This document shows, one piece after another, positions 47,912-58,280 of a stretch of DNA of 64,000 nt; position 1 is the stretch's first letter, and the number at the start of each line of letters is the position of its first letter. The stretch is from Chloroflexota bacterium (GTDB lineage Bacteria > Chloroflexota > Dehalococcoidia > UBA2979). The stretch lies in the NCBI GenBank assembly GCA_027593235.1, contig JAQCIU010000008.1:47871-111870 (forward strand), read 5' to 3'. The notes beneath the pieces are model-generated. The model saw nothing but the letters and a program-made list of their open reading frames with translations, was not told the origin of the DNA and made no database searches. Position numbers and translations under genes: made by a program.

Positions 47912-48391
47912 GTGGCCGAAGAGCTTGAAGACTTGACTGATGAGATGAAGGCCGCCGTCGGCCAGGAAACCGGCCGTTCGACCTACGAGGTCACCACGCA
48001 GGGGATTCGCACCTTCGCGCGGTCCGTCGGTTACAAGGACCCGAAGTACTTCGATGAGTCAGCCGCTCGCGCCCTCGGCTACAGCGGACTGCCGTCTCCT
48101 CCCGGGTTCCTCGGCATGCCCATCTTCAACCCCAACGCGGGTGATGAGGGCGCGCGACGCGAGCTATTCAAGAACCCGTTCGAGCGCCGACTCAACGGCG
48201 GCACCGAGGTCGAGCCGATCGAGCAGGTCTACGGCGGCGACGTCCTCGACGCCGTCTCGCGTATCACCACCTTGGAGCTGACGCAGAGCCGCCTCGGCAA
48301 GATGCTGATCCAGAACTCAGAGACGGTCTACACGCGGAAGAGCGACAACAAGGTCGTCGCCAAGACGCGCGGCACCGGCCTCTCGTACTAG
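47912..48391 (+). CDS. MaoC-like dehydratase, N-terminal-type subunit (HadA-like)
   Basis: IRTFARSVG..DP.YFDE..A...G....PP.F; LNGG. Confidence 0.85.
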   Translation: MAEELEDLTDEMKAAVGQETGRSTYEVTTQGIRTFARSVGYKDPKYFDESAARALGYSGLPSPPGFLGMPIFNPNAGDEGARRELFKNPFERRLNGGTEVEPIEQVYGGDVLDAVSRITTLELTQSRLGKMLIQNSETVYTRKSDNKVVAKTRGTGLSY

Positions 48392-48424
48392 CAGTCGACC
48401 CGGACGGATATCGGAGGCAACGAC

Positions 48425-48850
48425 ATGGCAGATCAGATCTACTGGGACGACGTCAGCGAAGGCCAGGAGTTCTCGCTCAACGAGCCCATGAGCTCGCAGC
48501 GACTCATCGTCTGGGCAGCGGCATCTGGTGACTTCTACCAGATCCACTACGACGACAACTTCGCCAAGAACAACAACCTGCCGGACATCATCGTCCATGG
48601 CGCGCTGAAGGGGATGCTTGTCGGGCGCCTCCTCGACGAGTGGAAGGGCGAGCAGGGCAAGATCAAGAACTGGGGCGTCTCCTACCGCGGGATGGACCCG
48701 GCCCGCCAGGACCTCACGGTCTGGGGCAAGGTAACCAAGAAGTACGAGGAGGGCGGCGAAACGCTCGTCGACCTCGACGTCGGAGTCGCTCAGCCGGACG
48801 GCACCCAAACGACTCCGGGTACCGCCACGGTGGCGCTGCCGAAGCGCTAG
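48425..48850 (+). CDS. MaoC-like (R)-hydratase catalytic subunit (HadB-like)
   Basis: ASGDFYQIHYD, IIVHG. Confidence 0.9.
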   Translation: MADQIYWDDVSEGQEFSLNEPMSSQRLIVWAAASGDFYQIHYDDNFAKNNNLPDIIVHGALKGMLVGRLLDEWKGEQGKIKNWGVSYRGMDPARQDLTVWGKVTKKYEEGGETLVDLDVGVAQPDGTQTTPGTATVALPKR

Positions 48851-48873
48851 TCTCGCCGATCGAGTCACTCAAG

Positions 48874-48905
48874 CAAGAAGCCGGGTCTCGCGACCCGGCT
48901 TCTTT
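48874..48905. terminator. Bidirectional intrinsic terminator between maoC and nuoN
   Basis: aagaagccgggtc-tcgc-gacccggcttcttt. Confidence 0.8.
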
Positions 48906-48966
48906 GTGATCTGCTTCAGCGCGGCTCGGGCGGGCATCACCGCCAGCACCAGCCCGGCCCCAAACG

Positions 48967-50436
48967 CTAGGCGAAGAGCGGCGCGATCGCCCGGTCGGCC
49001 ACCGTGTAAAACGGCGCGGCGTACAGGCCCACGAACAGCACGCCACCGAGGAGTACACCGGTCGTCAGGTACCCGGTCGGCGTCAGCCGCCAGCGGCTCG
49101 GATCCCCGTCTGGTTCGTACAGGTACATGTGCCGAATGACCTGCAAGTAGTAGTAGAGCGAGACGGTGCTCGCAACCAGCGCGATCACGACCAGCCAGGT
49201 GTACCCGGCGCTCACCACGGACTGGAACAGGATGAACTTCGTGAGGAAGCCGGCCAGCAGCGGCATGCCGGCGAGCGAGAACAAGCCCGCCGTCATCACC
49301 AGCGCCAGGTACGGGTTCGTCTGCGCCAGCCCTCGGAAGGAGGAGATCTCCTCGGTGCCGGTACGGTTGTAGAACGCAACGACGGCCATGAACACCGCGA
49401 GGTTCGTAATCAGGTAGCCCGTCAGGTGCAGCAGCAGCGCCGACCCGGTGTTGTCGGAAACCGCCGTGATCGCCATCAGCATGAAGCCGACCTGGCCGAT
49501 CGAGGAGTAGGCGAGCAGCCGCTTGATGTTGTGCTGCTGCAGCGCCACCAGGTTCCCGAACACCATCGTCAGCACCGCGATCGCGGCGACCATCCACTGC
49601 CACTCGTCGATCGCCGGCAGCAGCGGTCCGGCGAACCAGCGCAGCAACAGCGCGAACGTCGCTGCCTTCGAGGTCGCCGACAGGTAGGCGGTAATCGGAA
49701 TCGGCGCGCCCTCGTAGGCGTCCGGAGTCCACATGTGGAACGGCACCGCCGAGGCCTTGAAGCCCAGCCCGGCGATGATCAGCGCGAGACCTAGCACCAA
49801 CGGCAACTGCACATCGCTCGTGTCTCGGCTCAGCGCGGCGGCGATCTCGCTGTACTGCGTCGATCCGCCCACGCCGTAGAGGAAGCTCAGGCCGTAGAGC
49901 AGCATTGCCGAGGCAACGCCACCCAGCAGCACGTACTTCAGTGATGCCTCGCCAGAGCGCGCGTCGTTCTTCGCCATCCCGACCAGGATGTAGAGCGAGA
50001 ACGACATCACCTCGATCGCCAGGTACGCGGTCAACAGGTCGCGCGCACTGGCCATCAGCATCGCGCCGACGGTCGAGAAGAGCAGCAGCGAATAGAACTC
50101 GCCGGGGTGGCTGACGTGCTTCTGGATGTACTCGTGCGACCCAACGATCACGACCAGCGTGACGATCAGGAACACGAACCGGAAGAACGTGGTGAAGTTG
50201 TCGACCGTGACCAGCCGCGCGAAGTCCTTGTTCTCGTCGATCCACAAGCTGCTGAGGACGACCGCAACCACCAGCCCGACCACGGACAGCGCCGGCAGCG
50301 CGAAGCGCCCCAGGTTCAGCTCGCGCCGGAACGCGTCAGCGAACAGGACAAGCGCCGCGGTCACCGCGACCGCGATCTCCGGGCCAAGTAACTCGTACTG
50401 AAGGTTGAGGGCGTTACCCAGCAGATCGGTCGTCAC
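48967..50436 (-). CDS. nuoN: Complex I subunit N
   Basis: EASLKY, FKASAVPFHMWTPDAYEGAP, KRLLAYSSI. Confidence 0.96.
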   Translation of the reverse strand: MTTDLLGNALNLQYELLGPEIAVAVTAALVLFADAFRRELNLGRFALPALSVVGLVVAVVLSSLWIDENKDFARLVTVDNFTTFFRFVFLIVTLVVIVGSHEYIQKHVSHPGEFYSLLLFSTVGAMLMASARDLLTAYLAIEVMSFSLYILVGMAKNDARSGEASLKYVLLGGVASAMLLYGLSFLYGVGGSTQYSEIAAALSRDTSDVQLPLVLGLALIIAGLGFKASAVPFHMWTPDAYEGAPIPITAYLSATSKAATFALLLRWFAGPLLPAIDEWQWMVAAIAVLTMVFGNLVALQQHNIKRLLAYSSIGQVGFMLMAITAVSDNTGSALLLHLTGYLITNLAVFMAVVAFYNRTGTEEISSFRGLAQTNPYLALVMTAGLFSLAGMPLLAGFLTKFILFQSVVSAGYTWLVVIALVASTVSLYYYLQVIRHMYLYEPDGDPSRWRLTPTGYLTTGVLLGGVLFVGLYAAPFYTVADRAIAPLFA

Positions 50437-50503
50437 GAGAGTCTCCTCGGGCGCGACGGCGCGGTCCTCGAGCGTTCGGTGCGAAGCGTCAGCGTGCGCG
50501 CCA

Positions 50504-51994
50504 TTAGAGCGTTACACCCGGAATGGTCTGCGCGATCGTCGTGGAGATGCGATCGACCCACGGCGACGGCCAGAGACCCAGGAAGAGGATCGTGCCGGCC
50601 AACACGGTTGCGCCCGCCCGCTCCGCGATCGTGATCTCCTTCAGCTCGCTCCACCTCGGGTTGAATTCCCCGAAGAACGCCTGAGAGAACATCCGCAGCA
50701 GGTAGGTCGCCGTGATCGCCGCCGTCAGTACGGCCAGCCCGCCGATCACCGGATAGACGCGGAACGTGCCAATAAAGATGTGCACCTCGGCCACGAACCC
50801 GGACATCCCCGGCAAACCCAGCGAGGCGAGTCCCGCGATCACGAAGAACACGGTCCAGATCGGCATCTGCTTCGCCATCCCGGAGAAGTTCGGGATGTCG
50901 CGGTTGTGGCTCTGGTCGTACATCGCGCCGATCAGCAGGAAGAAGAGGGCCGTCATCACACCGTGCGCGAACATCTGCAGGACCGCACCGGTCCAGCCGA
51001 TGACGTTCATCGTGCCCAGGCCGAGCATCACGTAGCCCATGTGCGAGACCGAGGAGAACCCGGTCATCAGCTTCATGTCGGTCTGACGCAGCGCGGAGAT
51101 CGCGCCGTAGAGCGCGGCGGTGATACCGACAAGCATCAGCGCCGGCGCCCAGAACGCGCCGCCCTCCGGCATCATCTGGAACCCAAGCCGGATGATCCCG
51201 AACGCCCCAAGCTTCATCAGCACGCCGGCGTGGAGCATCGAAACCGCGGTCGGCGCGGAGGCGTGGCCGTCCGGTGACCAGGAGTGGAACGGGAACATCG
51301 CCGCCAGGATGCCGCAGCCCACCGCCACCATCGGGAAGTAGAGCTTCTGGAAGTCCTCGTCGAACCCGACGTCGTAGAGGTCGACCATGTCGAACGTCCC
51401 GAGGCCGGCCTCGGCGTAGATGGCGAAGATCGCGGTGAAGATCAGGATCGAGCCCGCGAGTAGCATCATCATCAGCTTCATCGCGCCGTATTCCTTGCGC
51501 GTGGAGCCCCAGACGGCGATCAGCAGGTACATCGGCAGCAGTGCGGTTTCGTAGAGCAAGAACCACATGAACATATCGAGCATCACGAACGTGCCGAACA
51601 CGCCCGCGGTGAGGATGTAGAGGAGGATGAAGAAGTCCTTCATCCGGTTCTGAATCTTCCAGGACACCCATGTGCCGGGCACGATCACGATGCCGGTGAG
51701 CAGCACCATCGCCGCCGCGATGCCGTCGACGCCGACCTTGAGCTGGATGCCCTCGTCGCCGAGTAGACCCACGTTGCTCATGTAGTCCCAGGCCTTCACG
51801 CCCTGGAACTGGTCGCCACCGAAGTCGTACGTCAGGAACACGTAGAGCGAGATTGCGAACATCGCGAGGCTGGACGCCGCGGTGAGCGCGATGATCAGCG
51901 AGCGCTCCTTCGAGGGCACCAGCATCAACAGCACAGCCGTACCGAGCGGGATCAGGAAGACCGCTAGGAGGGCGAAGGCGTCGTTCTCGACCAT
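50504..51994 (-). CDS. nuoM: Complex I subunit M
   Basis: GVDG, PMYLLI..WG, PFHSWSPDGH..AP, MKLG, QMFAHG, LGLPG.SGFVAE. Confidence 0.96.
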   Translation of the reverse strand: MVENDAFALLAVFLIPLGTAVLLMLVPSKERSLIIALTAASSLAMFAISLYVFLTYDFGGDQFQGVKAWDYMSNVGLLGDEGIQLKVGVDGIAAAMVLLTGIVIVPGTWVSWKIQNRMKDFFILLYILTAGVFGTFVMLDMFMWFLLYETALLPMYLLIAVWGSTRKEYGAMKLMMMLLAGSILIFTAIFAIYAEAGLGTFDMVDLYDVGFDEDFQKLYFPMVAVGCGILAAMFPFHSWSPDGHASAPTAVSMLHAGVLMKLGAFGIIRLGFQMMPEGGAFWAPALMLVGITAALYGAISALRQTDMKLMTGFSSVSHMGYVMLGLGTMNVIGWTGAVLQMFAHGVMTALFFLLIGAMYDQSHNRDIPNFSGMAKQMPIWTVFFVIAGLASLGLPGMSGFVAEVHIFIGTFRVYPVIGGLAVLTAAITATYLLRMFSQAFFGEFNPRWSELKEITIAERAGATVLAGTILFLGLWPSPWVDRISTTIAQTIPGVTL

Positions 51995-52005
51995 CCCCGG
52001 GCCTC

Positions 52006-53919
52006 CTACGTCGTGCCGATGGCGACGATCGCCAACGCTGCGACGCCAAGCGCCATGCCAAGTGCGTAGTTCGGGATGCGTCCCGTTTGCAGGAACTTGA
52101 GCCGGTGTCCGAGGAACCCGATGAGTTGGGTCCCGCCGTCGACCCCGGTCTCGTTCACCACCCGCTTGTCGAACCAGGCCACCACGCGGGCCGCGCCCAG
52201 CACGACATTGTTGATGAACGCCTGGTACAGCTCGTCCATGTAGTAGCGGCGTGCGAAGAGCTGATGCAGCTCTGGCGCCCAGTTACGCGCCGCAATCGAC
52301 CGGCGGGCGTCGCCGCCCCAGTACATGAAGCCGATCACGATCCCGGCTACCGCCGTCGCCGTCGCCGATCCGGCGAAGACCCAATCGATCTCGAAGATGT
52401 GCGGCTCGCCGTGTGCCACGACGAACTCGCCGATGCCGCCGACAAACCCGAGCGTCTCGCCAACACCCTTGAAGGCGATCAAGCCGCTGACCGTCGCCAG
52501 CGTCGCGAGGATCGCCAGCGGCGCGGTCATGATCGGCGGCGACTCGTGCGCGTGGTCGTAGGCGTGCTGATCCTTCGGCTCGCCGAAGAAGGTCAACAGC
52601 ACGAGGCGCGTGGTGTAGATCGCGGTAAGACCGGCGGTGGCTGCAAGGACGCCGTACGCCCAGAGGGGACCGTCCTTCTGGAGGTCGTGAAGGATCTCAT
52701 CCTTCGACCAGAAGCCGGCGAAGATCGGAATGCCGGCGAGCGCGAGACTGCCGATCGTGAAGGTGATCGCCGTGATCGGCATCTTCTTACGCAAGCCACC
52801 GAGGTGGCCAACCTCCTGCTGCTCGGTCGCGTGAATGACCGACCCGGAGCCGAGGAAGAGCAGCGACTTGAAGAAGGCGTGCGTGAGCAGGTGGAACATC
52901 GCCGCGGTCAGCGCGCCGACACCGAGGGCCACGAACATGAAGCCTAGCTGCGAGATCGTCGAGAACGCGAGCACCCGTTTGATGTCGGTCGCGACGAGAC
53001 CCATGGTCGCCGCCATGAAGGCGGTCAGCAGACCAGTATAGAGGACGATGTCACGGGCGATCAGCACCTCGTTGTAGACCGGGAGCATGCGCGCGACGAG
53101 GTAGACGCCGGCGACAACCATCGTGGCCGCGTGGATCAGCGCGGAGACGGGGGTCGGGCCCTCCATCGCATCCGGCAGCCAGACGTGGAGCGGGAACTGC
53201 GCGGACTTTCCGGCCGCCCCGGCGAAGAGGAAGATCATCGCCACGGTGAGGTAGGTCTCGCCGATCCCGCCCGATTCCGCGGCGTGGATGATGTCCTGGA
53301 TGTCGAAGGTTCCGGTGGCCCGCCAGAGCAGGATGATGCCGATCAGCAGACCGACGTCACCGATGCGGGTGGTGATGAACGCCTTCTTCGCCGCCTCGGC
53401 CGCCGACTGGCGTTCCCAGTAGAAGCCGATCAGCAGGTACGAGGCGAGACCGACGCCTTCCCAGGCGAGGTAGAGCTGGAGCAGGTTGCCGGAGACGACC
53501 AGCAGCAACATCGCAGCGACGAAGAGCGACAGCGCGGAGAAGTACCAGCCGTAGCGCTGCTCACCGCGCATGTAGCCAATCGAGTAGACGAGGACCATCA
53601 GCGCGACGAAGGAGACAACCGGGAGCATCACCATCGTCACGGCGTCGACGTAGGTGCTGAACTCGATGATGAAGAAGCCGTCGCCGATGTTGATCCAGTC
53701 GAAGGCGTACGTGTTCGCGCCCGCTGCCGGGTGGAACAGGTCGTCGACGAACGAGCCCTGGAAGTCCGCGAGCACGAAGCCGACGAGCACGACAACGGCG
53801 GCCATACCGAGCACCGCCAGACCATCGCCGTTGCGCGGCAGGAACCGGCCAAGCAGGCCGAGCACCAGGAACACCACGAACGGGATCGCCGGGAGGATCC
53901 AGACCTCTTCCATGCCCAC
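52006..53919 (-). CDS. nuoL: Complex I subunit L
   Basis: WEGVGL.SY.LIGF, GKSAQFPLHVWLPDAMEGPTPVSALIHAATMV; start GTG 53919 or ATG 53913. Confidence 0.97.
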   Translation of the reverse strand: MGMEEVWILPAIPFVVFLVLGLLGRFLPRNGDGLAVLGMAAVVVLVGFVLADFQGSFVDDLFHPAAGANTYAFDWINIGDGFFIIEFSTYVDAVTMVMLPVVSFVALMVLVYSIGYMRGEQRYGWYFSALSLFVAAMLLLVVSGNLLQLYLAWEGVGLASYLLIGFYWERQSAAEAAKKAFITTRIGDVGLLIGIILLWRATGTFDIQDIIHAAESGGIGETYLTVAMIFLFAGAAGKSAQFPLHVWLPDAMEGPTPVSALIHAATMVVAGVYLVARMLPVYNEVLIARDIVLYTGLLTAFMAATMGLVATDIKRVLAFSTISQLGFMFVALGVGALTAAMFHLLTHAFFKSLLFLGSGSVIHATEQQEVGHLGGLRKKMPITAITFTIGSLALAGIPIFAGFWSKDEILHDLQKDGPLWAYGVLAATAGLTAIYTTRLVLLTFFGEPKDQHAYDHAHESPPIMTAPLAILATLATVSGLIAFKGVGETLGFVGGIGEFVVAHGEPHIFEIDWVFAGSATATAVAGIVIGFMYWGGDARRSIAARNWAPELHQLFARRYYMDELYQAFINNVVLGAARVVAWFDKRVVNETGVDGGTQLIGFLGHRLKFLQTGRIPNYALGMALGVAALAIVAIGTT

Positions 53920-53959
53920 TAGCGGGCCTGCCCTTCCGGTCGTCCGCGCGTCATGCCGC

Positions 53960-54268
53960 TTACCATTTCAGCGTGTCCGCCGCGTCGACGTACGAGGTGC
54001 GCCGCTCTCGGAAGAGCCGCAGCACGATACCCAGGGCCAGACCAACCTCGGCCGCGGCCACGGTGATGACGAAGAGCGCGAAGATGAGGCCACTGAACGC
54101 CTCACCATCGAGGTACGCGGCGAACGCGATGAAGTTGATCGAGACCGCGGCGAGCATCAGCTCCACCGACATCAGGATCAAGATCGCGCTGCGCCGAGCG
54201 AGCACGCCGTAGAGACCGGTGGCGAAGAGGATGCCGGCGAGGATCAGGAAGTTCTCGAGCGGGATCAC
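53960..54268 (-). CDS. nuoK: Complex I subunit K
   Basis: MSVELML, VAAAEVGLAL. Confidence 0.96.
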   Translation of the reverse strand: MIPLENFLILAGILFATGLYGVLARRSAILILMSVELMLAAVSINFIAFAAYLDGEAFSGLIFALFVITVAAAEVGLALGIVLRLFRERRTSYVDAADTLKW

Positions 54269-54909
54269 GAGGCGGCCTCACCCTCGGGCGTCGCGTCATC
54301 CTCGCGTGGCGGTCGCGCGTTGACCAGGGCGCCCGACAGCGCGATGTCCAGCAGCACGCCGACGATGATGACCGGGACGATGAAGTCCTTGAACAACCGC
54401 GCGCCGAAGTCGCGGAACGGAATGACCGCAGCCGTCTCCGCGCCCCATTCGGCGTCGATTGCCGCGGCGATGAAGATGCTCGCGAGGAGCAACCCGACGA
54501 TGGCTGCAAACGGCTTCTGCGACCCGTCGGTCACGACCGGGTCGGCCTGCGCGTTGGTCAGCATCAGACCAAAGATGATCAGAATGACCACGCCGCCGCC
54601 GTAGACGAGGATCTGGACGAGCGCGATGAACTCGGTCGCCAGCAGCAGGTAGATCGCCGCGACCCCGAGCAGCGTCGCGACCAGCGCGAGCGCGGCGTGG
54701 ACGATGTTGCTCAGCAGCACGGTGCCGAGGGCGCCCGCGACGATGACGGTGAAGGCGAGCCAGAACACCAGCTCCGCCGCCGAGATTTGATCGCCGACGA
54801 GCAGCGCCAGCAGCACGACCAGAATTGGCGTGAGCACGAGGGCCACGACGGCGCCGCCGGCCATGATGATCCGGTCGAACTGCGCCGGGAGCGGTAAGCG
54901 GTCAATCAC
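54265..54909 (-). CDS. nuoJ: Complex I subunit J
   Basis: NIVHAAL, EFIALVQILVYGG. Confidence 0.93.
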   Translation of the reverse strand: MIDRLPLPAQFDRIIMAGGAVVALVLTPILVVLLALLVGDQISAAELVFWLAFTVIVAGALGTVLLSNIVHAALALVATLLGVAAIYLLLATEFIALVQILVYGGGVVILIIFGLMLTNAQADPVVTDGSQKPFAAIVGLLLASIFIAAAIDAEWGAETAAVIPFRDFGARLFKDFIVPVIIVGVLLDIALSGALVNARPPREDDATPEGEAAS

Positions 54910-54947
54910 GCGTGCATCCTCGGACGCTGAGGCAGACGGCGGTCCGT

Positions 54948-55418
54948 CTACTCAGCGACCCACTCCTGTAGCTGCTTCGCTTTGCTCTGTGCCAACAACT
55001 GCGGCAAGTCCATGACGAGATCCGCTCGGTCGTAGACCGACGTCTCGTGTCCCTGCCACGTGTTGTTCATCGCGATGGCCTCGAAGTTGCAGACTTCGAC
55101 GCAGATGTTGCAGCGCATGCAGCGCGCGTAGTCGATGTAGAACTTGTCGATGATCTTGCGGCGCTTGGAATCCCCGCCCTGCGACGAGTGGTTCGGGTTG
55201 TCCTTCATGATGACGGTCATGCACTCGACGGGGCAGGCGCGCTCGCACGCGTGACAGCCGGTGCAGAACGGCTCGTCGATGTCCTGATCCCACAGCAGGA
55301 GCGGAAACGCGCGATCTCGTTCCGGCAACTCGCGGTGCCGTTCCGGGTACTCGCGGGTCACCGGCTTCCGCATGAATGTGGATGCGGTGACCATCATGCT
55401 CTTCAAAATGCCCTTCAT
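54948..55418 (-). CDS. nuoI: Complex I subunit I (2x[4Fe-4S])
   Basis: CTGCHACERACP and CMRCNICVEVC. Confidence 0.95.
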   Translation of the reverse strand: MKGILKSMMVTASTFMRKPVTREYPERHRELPERDRAFPLLLWDQDIDEPFCTGCHACERACPVECMTVIMKDNPNHSSQGGDSKRRKIIDKFYIDYARCMRCNICVEVCNFEAIAMNNTWQGHETSVYDRADLVMDLPQLLAQSKAKQLQEWVAE

Positions 55419-56590
55419 CAGACGGCCTCGCTCTGAAGTGGGGCGACCGGGGCGGGCCGCGGGCGCGGGTGTCGGACTGCGCGGTCGACGATGACGAAGA
55501 GGGCGACGACCCCAACGAGACCGACGGCGGTGAGGATGATCTCAGGCCAGTCGTAGACGAGCACCAACCCGTTCACGAGGACCTGGGCGAGCATCAGCGG
55601 GAGTAGCACCTTCCAACTGAAACTCATCAATTGGTCGATGCGCAGGCGTGGCACGCTGGCGCGAATCCAGATGATGAGGAAGAAGAAGGCGCCGGACTTG
55701 ATCGCGACGGCGATCGCCTGCAGCCAGCGGCCGGGCGCTTCGTCCATCCAGATGCCGAACGGCCAGGCCCAGCCACCGAGGAACACGGCGGCGAAGATCA
55801 GGCTCATGATCAACAGCGCGGCGTACTCCGCGAGGAAGAACATCGACCAGCGGATGCCGGAGTACTCGACGAACGGACCGCCGACGACCTCGGACTCACC
55901 GACCGGGATGTCGAAAGGGGTGCGGTTGAGCTCGGCGAGCGCGGCGATGATGAAGACGATCATCACCAGCGGCTGCCAGACGAGGTTCGGAACCTCGTGC
56001 TGCGCCGCGATGATTTCGTTGAGGTTGAGTGAGCCGCGGAGCAATTCGCCGTCGCCGACGGGGACTTCGACGATCATCGCCACGGCGACGAGCGAAAGCA
56101 CCAGCGGCAGTTCGTAGGAGATGCCCTGAGCCGCGGCGCGCATGCCGCCGATCATCGCGTAGCGGTTGTCGGAACCCCAGCCGGCCATGATCCAGCCGAC
56201 GATGTTCACGCCGCTGACCGCGACGAAGTAGAGCAGGCCGAGTTCGAGGACGCGGATCTGCCAGTCGAGAACGAACGGCACGATCACGAACCCGAGGAAG
56301 ACCGGAATGAAGACGAGGAACGGCGCCAGCTCGAACGTCCACGGGTCCGCGTTGCGGGGCCGGAGGTCTTCCTTGCCGATGAGCTTCAGCGCGTCGGCGA
56401 TGGACTGGAGCGTCCCGACGGGACCGGTGCGGGTCGGACCGAGGCGCTGCTGGAAGCGCGCCAGGATCTTTCGCTCGGCGTAGATGAGGGCCATGACCAC
56501 CACGGTCATGAAGCCCACGATGATCAAAACGCGGATCAGCGCGTCAAGCCAGACGTTGACGTTTTCGATCCCGAAAATCTCGGTGTTCAA
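55418..56590 (-). CDS. nuoH: Complex I subunit H
   Basis: ERK..A..Q.R.GP, DALKL..KE, ISYE, NRTPFD, RIDQLM..WK. Confidence 0.96.
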   Translation of the reverse strand: MNTEIFGIENVNVWLDALIRVLIIVGFMTVVVMALIYAERKILARFQQRLGPTRTGPVGTLQSIADALKLIGKEDLRPRNADPWTFELAPFLVFIPVFLGFVIVPFVLDWQIRVLELGLLYFVAVSGVNIVGWIMAGWGSDNRYAMIGGMRAAAQGISYELPLVLSLVAVAMIVEVPVGDGELLRGSLNLNEIIAAQHEVPNLVWQPLVMIVFIIAALAELNRTPFDIPVGESEVVGGPFVEYSGIRWSMFFLAEYAALLIMSLIFAAVFLGGWAWPFGIWMDEAPGRWLQAIAVAIKSGAFFFLIIWIRASVPRLRIDQLMSFSWKVLLPLMLAQVLVNGLVLVYDWPEIILTAVGLVGVVALFVIVDRAVRHPRPRPAPVAPLQSEAV

Positions 56591-57711
56591 CGATCGACCT
56601 CAGACAACACGATGTCGATGGACCCGAGGATGATGATCGCATCGGCGACGTACTGTCCAACCGACATCTGCTTCAGGGCCTGGAGGTTCGACAAACAGGC
56701 GCTGCGGACCTTGAGGCGATAGGGCTTGTTGCCGCCCTTGCTGACCATGTAGATGCCGTACTCGCCGCGCGGCGCTTCGGTACGGATGTAGACCTCGCCC
56801 TCCGGCAGGCGGAGCATGCGCGGCATCTTCTCCGGCATGATCGGGCCGTCTTCGAGCCGCTCGAGACACTGCTCGACGATGCTGATGGACTGCAGGATTT
56901 CCTGCATGCGGACCCAGTAACGATCGAAGACGTCGCCACCCTCGGCGGTGATCACCTCGAAGTCGATCTGGTCGTAGTAGAGGTACGGCTCGGTCTTGCG
57001 GAGGTCGAGCGGGACGCCCGAGGCGCGGAGCGACGGACCGCTCATGCCGATCTCGATCGCGTCCTCGGCGGAGATGATGCCGACGTTCTTGGTGCGAGCG
57101 AGGAAAATCTCGTTTTCGGTCAGCAGGCCGTCGAAGTCCTTGACGCCCTGGCGTGCGGACTTGAGCACCTCACCGACGCGCTCCCGGAAGTTCGCCGGGA
57201 CTTCCCAGGCGAGGCCGCCGGCGCGGAAGTAGGCGTACATCATGCGGTCGCCGCTGATCTCCTCGAAGAGATCGATGATCGTTTCGCGCTCGCGCCAGGC
57301 GTAGATGAACGGCGTGCCGAAGACGCCAACGTCGACGCCGAAGGCGCCGAGGAACATGAAGTGGCTGCTGATGCGGTTAAGTTCGCAGAGGATCATCCGG
57401 ATCCACTGCGCTCGCTCGGGGACCTCGATGTCGGCGAGCTTCTCGACGGCCATGACGTAGGAGAGTTCGGCGTTGTGTGCCGCGAGGTACTCCGTGCGAT
57501 CCATATACCCGATGCCCTGGCGGAAGTCGTTGTTCTCGCAGAGCTTCTCGGCGCCGCGGTGGAGGTAGCCGATGTACGGGACGAGGTCGCGCACGACCTC
57601 GCCGTCGATCTCCAACACCATGCGGAACACGCCGTGGGTGGACGGGTGCTGCGGACCAACGTTGATCAGCAGATCCTGGGTTTCGAACTCGACGGCGGGT
57701 TCAACAACCAT
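56587..57711 (-). CDS. nuoD: Complex I subunit D
   Basis: GPQHPSTHGV, GYLHRG.EK, ELNRI.SH, EAPRGE, SEVDR. Confidence 0.97.
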   Translation of the reverse strand: MVVEPAVEFETQDLLINVGPQHPSTHGVFRMVLEIDGEVVRDLVPYIGYLHRGAEKLCENNDFRQGIGYMDRTEYLAAHNAELSYVMAVEKLADIEVPERAQWIRMILCELNRISSHFMFLGAFGVDVGVFGTPFIYAWRERETIIDLFEEISGDRMMYAYFRAGGLAWEVPANFRERVGEVLKSARQGVKDFDGLLTENEIFLARTKNVGIISAEDAIEIGMSGPSLRASGVPLDLRKTEPYLYYDQIDFEVITAEGGDVFDRYWVRMQEILQSISIVEQCLERLEDGPIMPEKMPRMLRLPEGEVYIRTEAPRGEYGIYMVSKGGNKPYRLKVRSACLSNLQALKQMSVGQYVADAIIILGSIDIVLSEVDR

Positions 57712-57713
57712 CG

Positions 57714-58280
57714 TTAGTCCTCCACTTCCGCGTCGCGGTTGTGGCCAAGCAGCTCACCCTGGAGCAGTTCGATCTCCGCAAACGGATGCGACTTCAGCAG
57801 CGGGTGAGTGTCCGACATGTCGACATCCTCTGGCATGAGGAGCGGGCGCGGATCCGGATGGTTCGTGAAGGTGACACCGAACATCTCGGCTGTTTCGCGT
57901 TCGAGCCAGTCGGCGGCGCGCCAGACGGTGGTGGCGGTATCGAGGACCTTCTGGTCGTTCGGGAGCGTGGTCTTGACGGTGAGGTTGAGGTTCTTCGGCA
58001 CGGAGTAGAGGTGGTAGACCACGTCCACACCGTCGGCCTCGTTGTCGACCGCGGTAAGCGACCGGAGGTAGTTGAACTGCAGCGCCTCGTCATGCTTGAG
58101 CATGTTGAGGCCGCGGATGATGTCCGCCGGGGGGATGTGAACGATCAAATCGAGGACACCGCGTTCGGGCTGGACATCGACGGCGGTCAACGTGCGGTTC
58201 ACGTCCGGCCAGATGGTGTCCGCGAAGGTGTCGGGCGCGGCGGTCTCGGCGGCCTCTGTGGCGCCATCCTCGGTCGTCAT
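57714..58280 (-). CDS. nuoC: Complex I subunit C
   Basis: ATG 58280; LTAVD, VVYHL, WLERE..EMFG..F..HPD, HPLLK. Confidence 0.93.
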   Translation of the reverse strand: MTTEDGATEAAETAAPDTFADTIWPDVNRTLTAVDVQPERGVLDLIVHIPPADIIRGLNMLKHDEALQFNYLRSLTAVDNEADGVDVVYHLYSVPKNLNLTVKTTLPNDQKVLDTATTVWRAADWLERETAEMFGVTFTNHPDPRPLLMPEDVDMSDTHPLLKSHPFAEIELLQGELLGHNRDAEVED

